This document shows, in pieces, positions 9,034 through 18,184 of a stretch of 64,000 bases of DNA. Both the position numbers and the translations under genes were made by a program. Origin of the DNA: Thermoanaerobaculaceae bacterium. GTDB taxonomy: Bacteria; Acidobacteriota; Thermoanaerobaculia; Thermoanaerobaculales; Thermoanaerobaculaceae. The notes beneath the pieces were generated by a model. That model ran no database searches. It saw nothing but the letters and a program-made list of their open reading frames with translations, and was not told the origin of the DNA. The stretch covers positions 2,870 to 66,869 of the forward strand of contig DATKLI010000066.1 in NCBI GenBank assembly GCA_035542455.1. The letters are read 5' to 3'. Each line of letters begins with the position of its first letter. Position 1 is the stretch's first letter.

Positions 9034-9162
9034 GCAGCCGCGTCGCCGAGAGTGGGCCAGATGCGAGGCGGACGAGGCGGGAGGAGCGGAGCGTAGCCGG
9101 AGGCTACGTGAGCATCCGATCCGCCGAGTCCAACGCCGCAGATGGTCCGCTATCGGCGGCGC
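9034..9162 (+). repeat. 129-nt structured interspersed element, copy 1
   Basis: Differs from the copies at 21522-21650 and 30723-30851 at 8-9 positions by manual count. Internal stems are CGGATGC/GCATCCG and GCGTAGCC-GGA-GGCTACGT. It ends 6 nt from the stop of the BamA-like gene. Confidence 0.85.
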
Positions 9163-9168
9163 AAGCAA

Positions 9169-10725
9169 TCAGAACAGCGAGGTGCCGGAAATGAGGAACA
9201 CTGCCTTCCCCCCCCGGTCCGGCACCGCCACCTCGACCCGGACCACCCTCAGCAGCGCCGCGCGGGTGGATTCGATCAGCAGGCCCACGCCGGCGTCGGA
9301 CCTGATCCCGTCGGTCGAAGGCCCGACGCGCGGAGCCCACGTCTTCCCGGCGTCCGCAAACACGACGCCGCCGATGATCCCGAGGTGGAGCACCTCGCCG
9401 GTGAGCACGTGCCGCCACTCCAGGTTCGCGACCGCCCGCGAGGTTCCGTCGAATGTGTCGGGATCCCACCCGCGCAGCCCCGTGTCGGCGCCGAGCGTGA
9501 GCTGCTGATCCCCGTCCAGGTTGTGCCCGACGTCCACCGAGATCCGCGCGCGCCACCCCACGCTCCCGGTCCGCGCCGTCCCGGCGTCGAGGTGCGTCAC
9601 CTGGTTGACGAGCGCCCCGCCCTCGAGCCGTCCGTCGCTGGCGACGTTTATCCACGAGTACTGAGCACCCGAGAGGAACCCGAGGTTCAGCACGCCGTCG
9701 AGCTTGACCCTCGAGCGATCGCCGCCGAACGCCGGGAGAGACACGCCGGCCGTGACGGTCCAGTTGGGACCGAGGGGGACGTCCTCCTGCCGCTGCCACG
9801 CGCGGAACCCGCTCACCACGAGCCAGCGGTCGACCTGGTGGTCCCACCCGACCAGGACCCCCTGCATGTCGTGCCCCGCGGGATCGGGGTACGGTTGGCC
9901 GCCAACGGTGCTCCAGTTCAGGAACTCCACCTGGTCCTTGAACACGCCGAGCGTGAGCCGGTCGGTCGTGCCCGAGTCCCACGGCATCCGCACCCCTCCC
10001 CACAACTGGAACGCGTCGACGTCCGCCTTGCCGCGCACCGCCTCGTGGCCGTTGACGTACAGGTACTCGGTCTGGTCGTCGCGTTGCAGGGAGAAGCCGC
10101 CGGCGCGCGGCGTCGCGAGGGCGAAAAACGGGTACACGAGGGATACCTCGTCGCCCCTGCCGTCCGAGAGCCTCTTGTGTTGGACCTCGAGCTGCCAGCG
10201 GCTCCCGAGGAACAGAGAGTCCTTGTACCGCAACGTCGTCGTGGTGCGCTCGGTGGACTGGTCGTACTCGACGAGCAGCTGCTTCCCCCATCCGAGGAAG
10301 TTGTCCTCCGCCAGGCTGCCGCCGACGTGGTGCCGGTTCCCCGCGATGCCCAGGCTCAACCCCACCAGGGTCGTCCACTGGTCGTGCGTCCTCACCGTGA
10401 CCTCGGCGCCACCCGGGGCGGGCTTGGCCGTGATCGTGACGGGGCTCAGGAAGCCGGTGCCCCGCAGGATCCGCTCGCTCTCGGCGAGCTGCGCGGGGTC
10501 GAGCCTGTCGCCTTCCTTGAAGAGCAGGAGCGAGCGGATGTACCGCTCGCGCGTGAGGACGTGGAGGGCGTTCGCCCAGCGGTACGGCCAGGAGGACGTG
10601 GCACGGTCGGCGGTGTCGAAGATGTCGTCGCGGACCACTGTGATCGCCACGATCGGCGTACCCGGCGGCACGCCGGTCGTGTCGGGCGCTGCCGCCGCGG
10701 CGATCAGGAGCAGTGCGGCGATCAT
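9169..10725 (-). CDS. BamA/TamA-family outer-membrane beta-barrel protein (single POTRA-like N-terminus)
   Basis: ORF 9169..10776. The likely start is the internal ATG at 10725, giving signal peptide MIAALLLIAAAAAP. It has alternating beta-strand patterning and a C-terminal aromatic ending (...FLISGTSLF). Confidence 0.75.
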   Translation of the reverse strand: MIAALLLIAAAAAPDTTGVPPGTPIVAITVVRDDIFDTADRATSSWPYRWANALHVLTRERYIRSLLLFKEGDRLDPAQLAESERILRGTGFLSPVTITAKPAPGGAEVTVRTHDQWTTLVGLSLGIAGNRHHVGGSLAEDNFLGWGKQLLVEYDQSTERTTTTLRYKDSLFLGSRWQLEVQHKRLSDGRGDEVSLVYPFFALATPRAGGFSLQRDDQTEYLYVNGHEAVRGKADVDAFQLWGGVRMPWDSGTTDRLTLGVFKDQVEFLNWSTVGGQPYPDPAGHDMQGVLVGWDHQVDRWLVVSGFRAWQRQEDVPLGPNWTVTAGVSLPAFGGDRSRVKLDGVLNLGFLSGAQYSWINVASDGRLEGGALVNQVTHLDAGTARTGSVGWRARISVDVGHNLDGDQQLTLGADTGLRGWDPDTFDGTSRAVANLEWRHVLTGEVLHLGIIGGVVFADAGKTWAPRVGPSTDGIRSDAGVGLLIESTRAALLRVVRVEVAVPDRGGKAVFLISGTSLF

Positions 10726-10804
10726 TCGCACCGATTCTACGTTGCCGGGTCCTCCCTGCGTTGCGACACGGCTCACCCCGAGCCGGCGGCGTGGCCGCCG
10801 GCCG

Positions 10805-13084
10805 CTACCGCGCGGGAGGGACTTCCCCCCGCCCGCCCGCCAGCGACCACCCGGTCCGGAGCCCGACGACGAACCAACCGAGCGCGAGCACGCCGACCGC
10901 GAACACCGTGTCGCCGACGACCCGCAGCCACCGGAAGAAGTGCACGGCCGGCGTCTGCGTGAACTCGGCGGAGCGCGCGTACCACATCCCGTGGGTCACG
11001 CTCGCCCACGTCTGGAGCAGTCCGACGGGGAGCAGGCTCAGCACGCACATGAGCGCGAGGCCCGCATTGATCGCCCAGAAGGAGAAGGCCAGAACGCGGG
11101 TCTTCCACGCCTCTCGCGCCGCGAGCCCCTTGATGCAGAACAGCATCAGGCCGATCCCGAGCATCCCGTACACGCCGAACAGCGCCGCGTGCCCGTGCAG
11201 CGGGGTCGTGTTGAGCCCCTGCATGTAGTAGAGCGCAATCGGAGGGTTGATGAGGAACCCGAAGATCCCAGCGCCCACGAGGTTCCAGAACGCGACCGCG
11301 ACGAAGAAGTAGATCGGCCACCGGTATCCCGCGACCCACGGCCGCGCGCGCGCGAGCGTGAGGTTGCCGTACGCCTCGAACCCGATCAGCACGAGCGGCA
11401 CGACCTCGAGCGCCGAGAACGAGGCGCCCAGCGCGAGCACCGAGACCGGCGTCCCCGTGAAGTAGAGGTGGTGGAACGTCCCGATGATCCCGCCGGCGAG
11501 GAAGATCGTCGTCGAGAACAGCACCGCCGCGGTCGCCGACCCCACCCGCAGCAGCCCCATCCTGGTGAACAGGAACGCGATGACCACGGTCGCGAACACC
11601 TCGAAGAACCCCTCGACCCAGAGGTGCACGACCCACCACCGCCAGTACTCGGCGACCGCGAGGTTGGTCTGCCGCCCCCACATCAGTCCCGCTCCGTAGA
11701 ACAGCGCGATCGCCACCGTGGAGACGAAGAACAGGCCGAGCAGCGAGCGGCTCTCGCCGGGGCGGCGTAGCGCAGGCGCCAGCGCCCGCCCCATCAGCGC
11801 GAGCCAGATCAGGAGGCCGACGAACAGGAAGATCTGCCAGAACCGTCCGAGGTCCACGTACTCGTACCCCTGGTGCCCGAACCAGAAGTTGGCGGCGAGG
11901 CCGAGCCTCTGCATCACGCCGAGCCACTGCCCCACCATCGAGCCGACGACGATCACCAGCAGGCAGAGGTACAGCACGTTGACGAGCCCCCGCTGTCCGC
12001 GCGGCTCGTGCCCGGACACCGCCAGCGCCATGTACAGGCCCGTTGCGAGCCACGCCGTCGCGATCCAGAAGATCCCGAGCTGCAGGTGCCACGTCCGCGT
12101 GACCGCGTACGGCAGCCACCGCGCGATCGGTACGCCGTAGAACCCGCCGCCCTCGACGCCGTAGTGCGCGGTGATCGCGCCGAGGACGATCTGCACGACC
12201 AGCAGTGCAGCGGCCGTCCAGAAGTACTTGAGGGTCGCCCTCATCGACGGCGTCGGCGCGGCCCCCAGGAGCGGGTCGGTGTCGGGGAAGGGAGCGTCGC
12301 CCTCCTGGTGCCGGCGCTGGACCGCGAACGTCCACGCCAGCGCCCCGATCCCCGCGATCAGGAGGATGACGCTCGCGCCCGTCCAGAGGATCAGCGACGC
12401 CGACGGCCGGTTGCCGACGAGGTTCTCAGGAGGCCAGTTGTTGGTGTACGTCACGGCGCCGCCGGGCCGCTCGGTGGTGCAGGCCCAGGCGGCCCAGAAG
12501 AAGAACCCGTTCAGCTTGCGGAGGCGCTCCGGGTCCTTGATCGCGTCGGCGGGAAGGGCGTAGGCGTTGCGCAGCCCCGCCAGCGCGGGGTCGTGCCCGA
12601 ACAGCGCGGTGTAGTGGGCCGCAACGGCCGCGATCGCGGCCGCCCGGTCGGCCGAGACCGCGAGGTCGCCGGTCGAGCGGTCGTAGGTGTTCGCCCGCTC
12701 CTCCCGAGCGAGGCGTGCCCGCAGCATCGCCTGCGCCTCGCCGTCGAGCTCCGAGTACGCCTTGCCGTACGCCCCGCGCGCCCAGTGGTCGAGCAGGAAC
12801 GTCGCCTCGCGGTGCAGCCAGTCGGCGGACCAGTCGGGCGCGACGTACGCACCGTGCCCCCACACCGTCCCGACCTCCTGCCCACCCATCGACTGCCAGA
12901 CGTTCTGGCCGTCCTTGATGTCCTCCCCGGTCCACAGGACGGAGCCGTCGGGAGTGACGACCCGCGCCGGAACCGGCGGCGCCTCGCGGTAGATCTCGCG
13001 CCCGACGGACCCCAGCACGGCGAACGAGCCGACGACGACGACGGTCAGCGCGATCCACAACCCCCGGTTCGACCTCTCAGCCAT
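10805..13084 (-). CDS. norB: Quinol-dependent nitric-oxide reductase (qNOR), large subunit with N-terminal extension
   Basis: 759-aa ORF. The heme-copper oxidase core has HLWVEGFFE, GTFHHLY and HGHAALFG histidine ligands. A roughly 280-aa N-terminal extension is typical of qNOR. Confidence 0.9.
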   Translation of the reverse strand: MAERSNRGLWIALTVVVVGSFAVLGSVGREIYREAPPVPARVVTPDGSVLWTGEDIKDGQNVWQSMGGQEVGTVWGHGAYVAPDWSADWLHREATFLLDHWARGAYGKAYSELDGEAQAMLRARLAREERANTYDRSTGDLAVSADRAAAIAAVAAHYTALFGHDPALAGLRNAYALPADAIKDPERLRKLNGFFFWAAWACTTERPGGAVTYTNNWPPENLVGNRPSASLILWTGASVILLIAGIGALAWTFAVQRRHQEGDAPFPDTDPLLGAAPTPSMRATLKYFWTAAALLVVQIVLGAITAHYGVEGGGFYGVPIARWLPYAVTRTWHLQLGIFWIATAWLATGLYMALAVSGHEPRGQRGLVNVLYLCLLVIVVGSMVGQWLGVMQRLGLAANFWFGHQGYEYVDLGRFWQIFLFVGLLIWLALMGRALAPALRRPGESRSLLGLFFVSTVAIALFYGAGLMWGRQTNLAVAEYWRWWVVHLWVEGFFEVFATVVIAFLFTRMGLLRVGSATAAVLFSTTIFLAGGIIGTFHHLYFTGTPVSVLALGASFSALEVVPLVLIGFEAYGNLTLARARPWVAGYRWPIYFFVAVAFWNLVGAGIFGFLINPPIALYYMQGLNTTPLHGHAALFGVYGMLGIGLMLFCIKGLAAREAWKTRVLAFSFWAINAGLALMCVLSLLPVGLLQTWASVTHGMWYARSAEFTQTPAVHFFRWLRVVGDTVFAVGVLALGWFVVGLRTGWSLAGGRGEVPPAR

Positions 13085-14474
13085 GCGTCCCCCCCTCGAC
13101 GGCCACGGATCGCCGCCGCGCCAGCATCGCGCGCGCCAGGCGTGCGCCCCAGACCGCCAGACCGGCCACCTCGAGAACCCCGCTCGCGCCGGCGAGCGGG
13201 AACGCCGCCGCCGTGAAGTCGGTCGCGACCTGCATCGTCACCCTCAGGGCGCACCCGGTGGTCACCAGCGCGAACGGGAGCCGCAGGCGGCCGACGTCGG
13301 GCGCCCACGGCGCAGCGTGCGCCGACACCACCCTCGCTGCCACGCCCATGATCGTCAGCGAGATGAAGCCGACCGTGATCGCGTGCCGCATCGCTCCGTA
13401 CCAGGCGTGCGAGAAGTGCGTCCCGACGACCGCGAAGTACACGGGCGCCAGGACCAGCATCGCGAGGGCGATCACCAGCCACACCTGAGCCGCGCGCACG
13501 AACTTGAGCGAGCGATCGGGGCGCTCGACCCGCACCCACAGGCGCTCGTTGGCCGCGAACGCGACGGCGCAGGCCGCGAGCACGAGCGCGGCAACCCCGG
13601 ACACCGCGAGCCACAGGTGCCGCCCGCTGCCCATCCCGACCGCGAACGCCGCCGTCTCGAGCGCGACCGCGAGCTGGAGCGGCAGCCACAGCCGCCGCGC
13701 GCGCCCGGCGTCGGGGACGGGGGTGCCGAACCATGCCGGGAACTGCCGCATCGACACCCCGAAGATCATCATCATCGCGAGCCCATGGATCTGCAGATCG
13801 CGCAGCGGGAACTGCCACACCTCGACCTGACGGACCACATCGGCGGCCGTCGCGGCGCCGACCATCCGTGCGACGTGGAACACGTCCACGGCGCCCGCGG
13901 CGACGAACCACCCCACGGCCGCCGCGATGTAGCGGTCCGACACCGTAGGGCGCGCGCCGGAGCCGCTCCGTGTGGCGAGCAGCACCGCGGCGAACGCCGC
14001 CACGGCGGCGAGCTGCGCGGCCGCTCCGGCGACCGCCGTCGGCGCGAACCCCGCGATCTCGTGCAACGGCTCGCCGAGCGCGCGCAGGACGATCCCCGCG
14101 GCCATCAGGAGCCACGACGCGAGCGCCGCCCCCGGCCACCGCAGGCGTACCCGCCAGAACCGCGGGAACGCCGTGTACGCGAACCCCATCACGAACATCC
14201 CAACCCAGCCGTAGATCTGTGCCTGGGCGTGCGCGTCGATCTCGAAGATCGAGACCGAGGTGAGGGAACGATGGGCGGCGATGCGGAGGAGCACGATCGC
14301 ACCCCACGTCGCTCCGGCGGAGAGCGTCGCCGCGATCCCGGTCAGGAAGAAGCGCGGGAACGCGTCCGGATCGGGCGGAACGGCCGGCAACGCCGCCCCC
14401 GGAGCGCGGTGGGGAGCTCCCGCGGCGGCACCACCGCCGACGGCTGCAGCGCGGCGCGCCACGGCGTCAGACAC
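13077..14474 (-). CDS. nnrS: NnrS-family heme/copper membrane protein
   Basis: The hydrophobic C-terminal 465 codons of ORF 13077..14675 look real. GTG at 14474 overlaps the hemerythrin stop (GTGTCTGA). Its own stop overlaps the norB start (ATGGCTGA). Confidence 0.75.
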   Translation of the reverse strand: MSDAVARRAAAVGGGAAAGAPHRAPGAALPAVPPDPDAFPRFFLTGIAATLSAGATWGAIVLLRIAAHRSLTSVSIFEIDAHAQAQIYGWVGMFVMGFAYTAFPRFWRVRLRWPGAALASWLLMAAGIVLRALGEPLHEIAGFAPTAVAGAAAQLAAVAAFAAVLLATRSGSGARPTVSDRYIAAAVGWFVAAGAVDVFHVARMVGAATAADVVRQVEVWQFPLRDLQIHGLAMMMIFGVSMRQFPAWFGTPVPDAGRARRLWLPLQLAVALETAAFAVGMGSGRHLWLAVSGVAALVLAACAVAFAANERLWVRVERPDRSLKFVRAAQVWLVIALAMLVLAPVYFAVVGTHFSHAWYGAMRHAITVGFISLTIMGVAARVVSAHAAPWAPDVGRLRLPFALVTTGCALRVTMQVATDFTAAAFPLAGASGVLEVAGLAVWGARLARAMLARRRSVAVEGGTHG

Positions 14475-15012
14475 CCGCCAGCCGGTGCGCCAGCTCGTGG
14501 TACCGCTCGTGGACCCCCTCCCCGATTTCCTCCGCCTCGACCTGGTCGAACTGCGCCGCAAGCGTCGCCTGCTCATCGGCGGCGAGGAGGCGGTCGGCCA
14601 TCGGGAAGAGCACGTTGTTCTCCTTGAAGATGTGGTTGCGCAGGAGCTCGACGTACTCGAGCAGCGCGTCGGCAAGCGCCGCCGCCGCGCGGCGGTCCCC
14701 GTTGCGCGCGCCGGGGAGCGACTCCGTGATCGCGCGGATCGCGGCGCGTCCCTGCTCGTGCTCGTACAGCATCACCGCAACCGGGCCCGTCTCGGCCGGG
14801 AACCCCTTCGAGCCGAGCGCGGGGAACAGGTGGCGCTCCTCCTTCGCGTGGTGACAGCGGTCCACGAAGTTCTTGAAGAAGTCCGTCATCTCCTCGATCG
14901 TCTCGGCGTGGACCTCGCCGCCGTTGCGGATGGCGAGCGCCTCGCGCTCCGTCCCCTGCAGGACGAGCTCCACGATCTTGTGCTCGTGCTTCAGCGTCTC
15001 CGTCGGTGTCAT
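14467..15012 (-). CDS. Hemerythrin-domain protein
   Basis: 181-aa ORF with LKHEH, CHHAKEE, LYEHE and NHIFKENNVLFP His/Glu di-iron ligand spacing. Confidence 0.85.
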   Translation of the reverse strand: MTPTETLKHEHKIVELVLQGTEREALAIRNGGEVHAETIEEMTDFFKNFVDRCHHAKEERHLFPALGSKGFPAETGPVAVMLYEHEQGRAAIRAITESLPGARNGDRRAAAALADALLEYVELLRNHIFKENNVLFPMADRLLAADEQATLAAQFDQVEAEEIGEGVHERYHELAHRLAGV

Positions 15013-15022
15013 CTCTGCCTCC

Positions 15023-15253
15023 TCATCGCGAACTGGCGCGAGCGCCCCTCCCGGCGCGTCGGACCTCGTCCAGCAGCGCGTCTTCGTCGAAGCCGTACGT
15101 CTCGGCGGCCACGCGCACCGTGTCGAACGGCGCCATGGCGCACCCCGGGCACGCCATCCCGCGTCCGATCAGGACCGGGCCGGCGGCCGGCCAGCGGCGG
15201 AGCAGCTCGGCGACTGTCAGAGCCGGTGTCGGTTTGGCACGTCTCGCGCCCAT
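15023..15253 (-). CDS. DUF1858-domain protein (hybrid-cluster-associated redox disulfide domain)
   Basis: 76-aa ORF with LTVAELLRRWP...GMACPGCAMAPFDTV, the hallmark of this domain. Confidence 0.75.
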   Translation of the reverse strand: MGARRAKPTPALTVAELLRRWPAAGPVLIGRGMACPGCAMAPFDTVRVAAETYGFDEDALLDEVRRAGRGARASSR

Positions 15254-15290
15254 CGCGAGAGCACGCTACGCGGTGGCAGGCGCATCGTCT

Positions 15291-15304
15291 TTGCGCTGGA
15301 GCAA
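15291..15304. promoter_or_regulatory. Candidate Crp/Fnr (Dnr/NnrR-type) box TTGCGCTGGAGCAA
   Basis: TTG-N8-CAA dyad centred about 44 nt upstream of the DUF1858 ATG (15253). An Fnr-family regulator gene lies immediately upstream. Confidence 0.35.
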
Positions 15305-15321
15305 CCAGAGACAGGAAAAGG

Positions 15322-15417
15322 GGGAAAGGGGAAACGGCAAAGGGAAGACGAGCAACGGCAGCCGAACGCCTGAGGGGGCGGTGTCGTCCTCTTGACGTTT
15401 GCCCTTTACCCTTTCCC
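15322..15417. repeat. GA-rich/CT-rich imperfect palindrome (family member 2)
   Basis: Positions 15322-15343 (gggaaaggggaaacggcaaagg) pair with 15396-15417 (cgtttgccctttaccctttccc): 22 positions with 3 mismatches. The right arm overlaps the last codons of the Crp/Fnr gene. Confidence 0.7.
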
Positions 15418-16152
15418 TCGCCTCTCCTCCGGCAGGTCCTCCGCGATCGCGACAAGACCGTGCGGGTTCGTCACGGTCACCCGCTCCCGGCCGCTCTCGA
15501 TGATCCCGCGCGCCTCCCACTCCGAGAGGACGCGGCTTACCGTGAACAGCGTCGTCCCGGTCATCTCGGCGAGGTCCTGCCGCGACAGGGGCAGGTCGAT
15601 GAGCACCCCCACCTCGACCTTGCGGCCGGCCTGGCGGACCAGGCGCAGGAGAGCGCGCGCCACGCGCTGGGCCACGCGCTCGGTCGCGAGCTCGCGGAAG
15701 CGCTCCTGCACCTCCCGCAGGCGCTCGGAGAGCAGGCGCACCGTGTTCACCGCAAGCGCGGTGTGACGGCGGAGCAGCGCCTGGACCGCCTCGCGCTCCC
15801 ACTCCAGCACCGACGTCGGCCCGACGGCCCGGGCGGTGAGCGGGTACTCGGTCCCCTCGAAGATCGCGAGCGCGGCCGTCGCCTCGCCCGGCCCGACGAA
15901 GCGGAGGATCACCTCGTTGCCGTCCGCCCCGAGCTGGGTCAGCTTTAGCCTGCCGTCCGTCACGACGCAGAACCGGTCGGCGGGCTCGCCCTCCCGGAAC
16001 ACGGCCTCGCCCTCCTCGACCCGCCGCTCGCACGCCGCGGCCACCACCTCGGCGAGCGCCCCCGGTTGGAGCCCCTGGAAGAACGCCCCGCGGGCGAGCA
16101 CGTCGAGGAGAGCGGCGCGTCTGCTGGCCATGGCGGGGTCATGGTGACACAC
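15406..16152 (-). CDS. Crp/Fnr-family transcriptional regulator (likely NO-responsive Dnr/NnrR type by context)
   Basis: cNMP-binding-like N-terminus (FFQGL...[18 protein letters not shown]) and C-terminal HTH ([24 protein letters not shown]). The start may be GTG 16152 or ATG 16131. Confidence 0.85.
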   Translation of the reverse strand: MCHHDPAMASRRAALLDVLARGAFFQGLQPGALAEVVAAACERRVEEGEAVFREGEPADRFCVVTDGRLKLTQLGADGNEVILRFVGPGEATAALAIFEGTEYPLTARAVGPTSVLEWEREAVQALLRRHTALAVNTVRLLSERLREVQERFRELATERVAQRVARALLRLVRQAGRKVEVGVLIDLPLSRQDLAEMTGTTLFTVSRVLSEWEARGIIESGRERVTVTNPHGLVAIAEDLPEERRGKG

Positions 16153-16253
16153 GCGACGGCGCCCGGCGAAACGGCCGTCACGGTGCGCCTTGCGCCCCCG
16201 GGGCAGTAGGGTGTATGATCCCCTGCCCGCCGTTCGGGGCCGTGGAGGTTCGC

Positions 16254-16466
16254 ATGAAGGAAGGGATCCACCCCGTGTACCAAGAGGTCGAGGTGCACTG
16301 CGCCTGCGGCAACACCTTCAAGACCAGGTCCACCAAGAAGGAGATCCGCCTAGAGATCTGCTCCGCCTGCCACCCCCTGTTCACCGGCAAGCAGAAGCTT
16401 ATCGACTCCGCAGGGATGGTCGAGCGCTTCCAGCGCCGGTACAAGAGGAGCGAGAAGAAGGCGTAA
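16254..16466 (+). CDS. rpmE: 50S ribosomal protein L31
   Basis: [27 protein letters not shown]...[13 protein letters not shown]. Internal ATG at 16254 of ORF 16215..16466. Confidence 0.95.
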   Translation: MKEGIHPVYQEVEVHCACGNTFKTRSTKKEIRLEICSACHPLFTGKQKLIDSAGMVERFQRRYKRSEKKA

Positions 16467-16491
16467 CGGCCGTTGCGACCCGGAAACCGAT

Positions 16492-16526
16492 CCAGCCGGG
16501 GGCGCGTCCCCCGGCTGGTTGCTTTG
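16492..16526 (+). terminator. Rho-independent terminator/attenuator after rpmE
   Basis: 11-bp stem ccagccggggg / cccccggctgg (16492-16502 / 16508-16518) with loop cgcgt, followed by ttgctttgg. Confidence 0.55.
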
Positions 16527-16589
16527 GGGTGGCGGATCGCCGGACCCCGCCCGGTTGCCGGAACCTGCTGAGAAAGGTAGGCTTGCGCC

Positions 16590-17678
16590 GTGAACGGGAT
16601 GCTGCAGCGCCTCGACGAGGTGACCCGCCGCTGGCAGGACCTGCGCGACGAGCAGGCCAGCCCCGAGGTGCTCACCGACCGCAAGCGCCTGCTCGAGGTG
16701 AGCAAGAAGCTCGCCGAGATCGAGCCGGTGGTCGCGGCGTACCAGGCGTACCGCAAGCTCCTCGACGAGGAGCGCGGCGCGCGCGAGCTGATGGCGGGCG
16801 AGAGCGACCCCGAGCTCCGTGCGATGGCCGAGGACGAGGTGAAGCGGCTCGCCAGCGAGCTCGCCGGCCGGGAGCGCGCCCTCAAGCTGCTGCTGCTGCC
16901 CGCCGACCCCAACGACAAGCGGAACGTCGTCCTCGAGGTGCGGGCGGGCACGGGCGGCGAGGAGGCTGCCCTGTTCGCGGCGGAGCTGCTCCGCATGTAC
17001 ACCCGGTACGCCGAGGGGAGGCGGTGGCGCGTCACGGTCACCGATCTCTCCGAGGCGGGGATGGGCGGCGTCAAGGACGCGGTGGCCCTGATCGAGGGCG
17101 AGGGTGCCTACTCGCGCCTCAAGTACGAGTCCGGCGTCCACCGTGTGCAGCGCGTCCCGGCGACCGAGGCCTCGGGCCGGATCCACACGTCGGCCGCCAC
17201 CGTCGCGGTGATGCCGGAGGCCGAGGAGGTCGAGGTCGAGATCGACCCCAAGGACCTCCGCATCGACACGTTCTGCTCGTCGGGGCACGGTGGGCAGTCG
17301 GTCAACACCACGTATTCGGCCGTGCGCATCACGCACCTCCCGACTGGCCTCGCCGTCTCGTGCCAGAACGAGCGCTCGCAGATCCAGAACCGCGCGCAGG
17401 CGATGCGCATCCTGAAGGCTCGGCTGTATGAGATCGCGCAGGCCGAGCAGCAGGCCAAGCTCTCCGCGGAGCGACGCTCGATGGTCGGCAGCGGCGACCG
17501 GTCGGAGAAGATCCGGACGTACAACTTCCCGCAGTCGCGCGTGACCGACCACCGCATCGGGCTCACCGTCCACCGGATCGCCGAGATCCTCAACGGGGAA
17601 CTCGACCTCCTGCTCGACCCGCTGATCGCCCACCTCCAGGCCGAGCGGCTGGAACGTGAGCTGGCCTCCTCCGGATGA
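16590..17678 (+). CDS. prfA: Peptide chain release factor 1
   Basis: 362-aa ORF with the GGQ motif ([12 protein letters not shown]), PATE-like tripeptide region ([14 protein letters not shown]) and [14 protein letters not shown]. Confidence 0.95.
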   Translation: MNGMLQRLDEVTRRWQDLRDEQASPEVLTDRKRLLEVSKKLAEIEPVVAAYQAYRKLLDEERGARELMAGESDPELRAMAEDEVKRLASELAGRERALKLLLLPADPNDKRNVVLEVRAGTGGEEAALFAAELLRMYTRYAEGRRWRVTVTDLSEAGMGGVKDAVALIEGEGAYSRLKYESGVHRVQRVPATEASGRIHTSAATVAVMPEAEEVEVEIDPKDLRIDTFCSSGHGGQSVNTTYSAVRITHLPTGLAVSCQNERSQIQNRAQAMRILKARLYEIAQAEQQAKLSAERRSMVGSGDRSEKIRTYNFPQSRVTDHRIGLTVHRIAEILNGELDLLLDPLIAHLQAERLERELASSG

Positions 17679-18184
17679 GCACCCGCGAGGAACGCCGGGA
17701 TGCCGCATCCGGCCGGCCCCGGCAGGCCTCACCGTCACCCGAGCCCGCACCGACCGGGTGGCACCGCCTGTTCCGCCGGCCGCGGGTGCTCGCCGAGGTC
17801 AGGTTCGCGTTCGGCGCGGCGCTCGTGATGGCGGCCGCGGGCACCGTCATCGCGTTCTGGATGCCTCCGTTCCGGCTGATGCCGAGCGAGGCGCCCGCCG
17901 TGCGCACCTTCGTGCAGGCCGCGGTAGGGTTCGGGCTCGGGTGGTGGGGGGGGCTGTTCTGGAGCACCGCTCTCGTCTTCTACGCCCGCCGCCACCGCCC
18001 GCTGCCGCCGGTCGCGGCGCTCACGCCCGCGACGTGGCTGGCCGGCGTCCTCGTCGCCGCGGGCACGCTGGCGATGCGGAGGCTCGGGGCCTCGGTGATC
18101 GTCAGCATCGGCGTGGGCGTCGTGGTCGCGACGGTCGCCGCGCGCCTGGTCGTCGGCCGCGCGGCGCGCAGAGCGATGCCGTGA
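17675..18184 (+). CDS. Hypothetical 4-TM membrane protein wedged between prfA and prmC
   Basis: 169-aa ORF. It has 4-nt overlaps at both ends (ATGA with the prfA stop, GTGA with the prmC start). There are four hydrophobic segments after a charged N-terminus. Confidence 0.5.
   Translation: MSTREERRDAASGRPRQASPSPEPAPTGWHRLFRRPRVLAEVRFAFGAALVMAAAGTVIAFWMPPFRLMPSEAPAVRTFVQAAVGFGLGWWGGLFWSTALVFYARRHRPLPPVAALTPATWLAGVLVAAGTLAMRRLGASVIVSIGVGVVVATVAARLVVGRAARRAMP

Noticed and set aside
9034-9162. 129-nt element as a conserved peptide (e.g. SVAGGYVSIRSAESNAADGPLS appears in several ORF-track translations)
   Set aside because: It is open in several frames on both strands simply because of GC content. 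The inter-copy substitutions are not biased to third positions, and there is no start/SD context.
7435-9168. Upstream 578 codons of the 797-aa ORF 6775..9168
   Set aside because: They overlap fabL-like, efp and the 129-nt repeat with junk composition. Only the GDPD domain (6775..7434) is credible.
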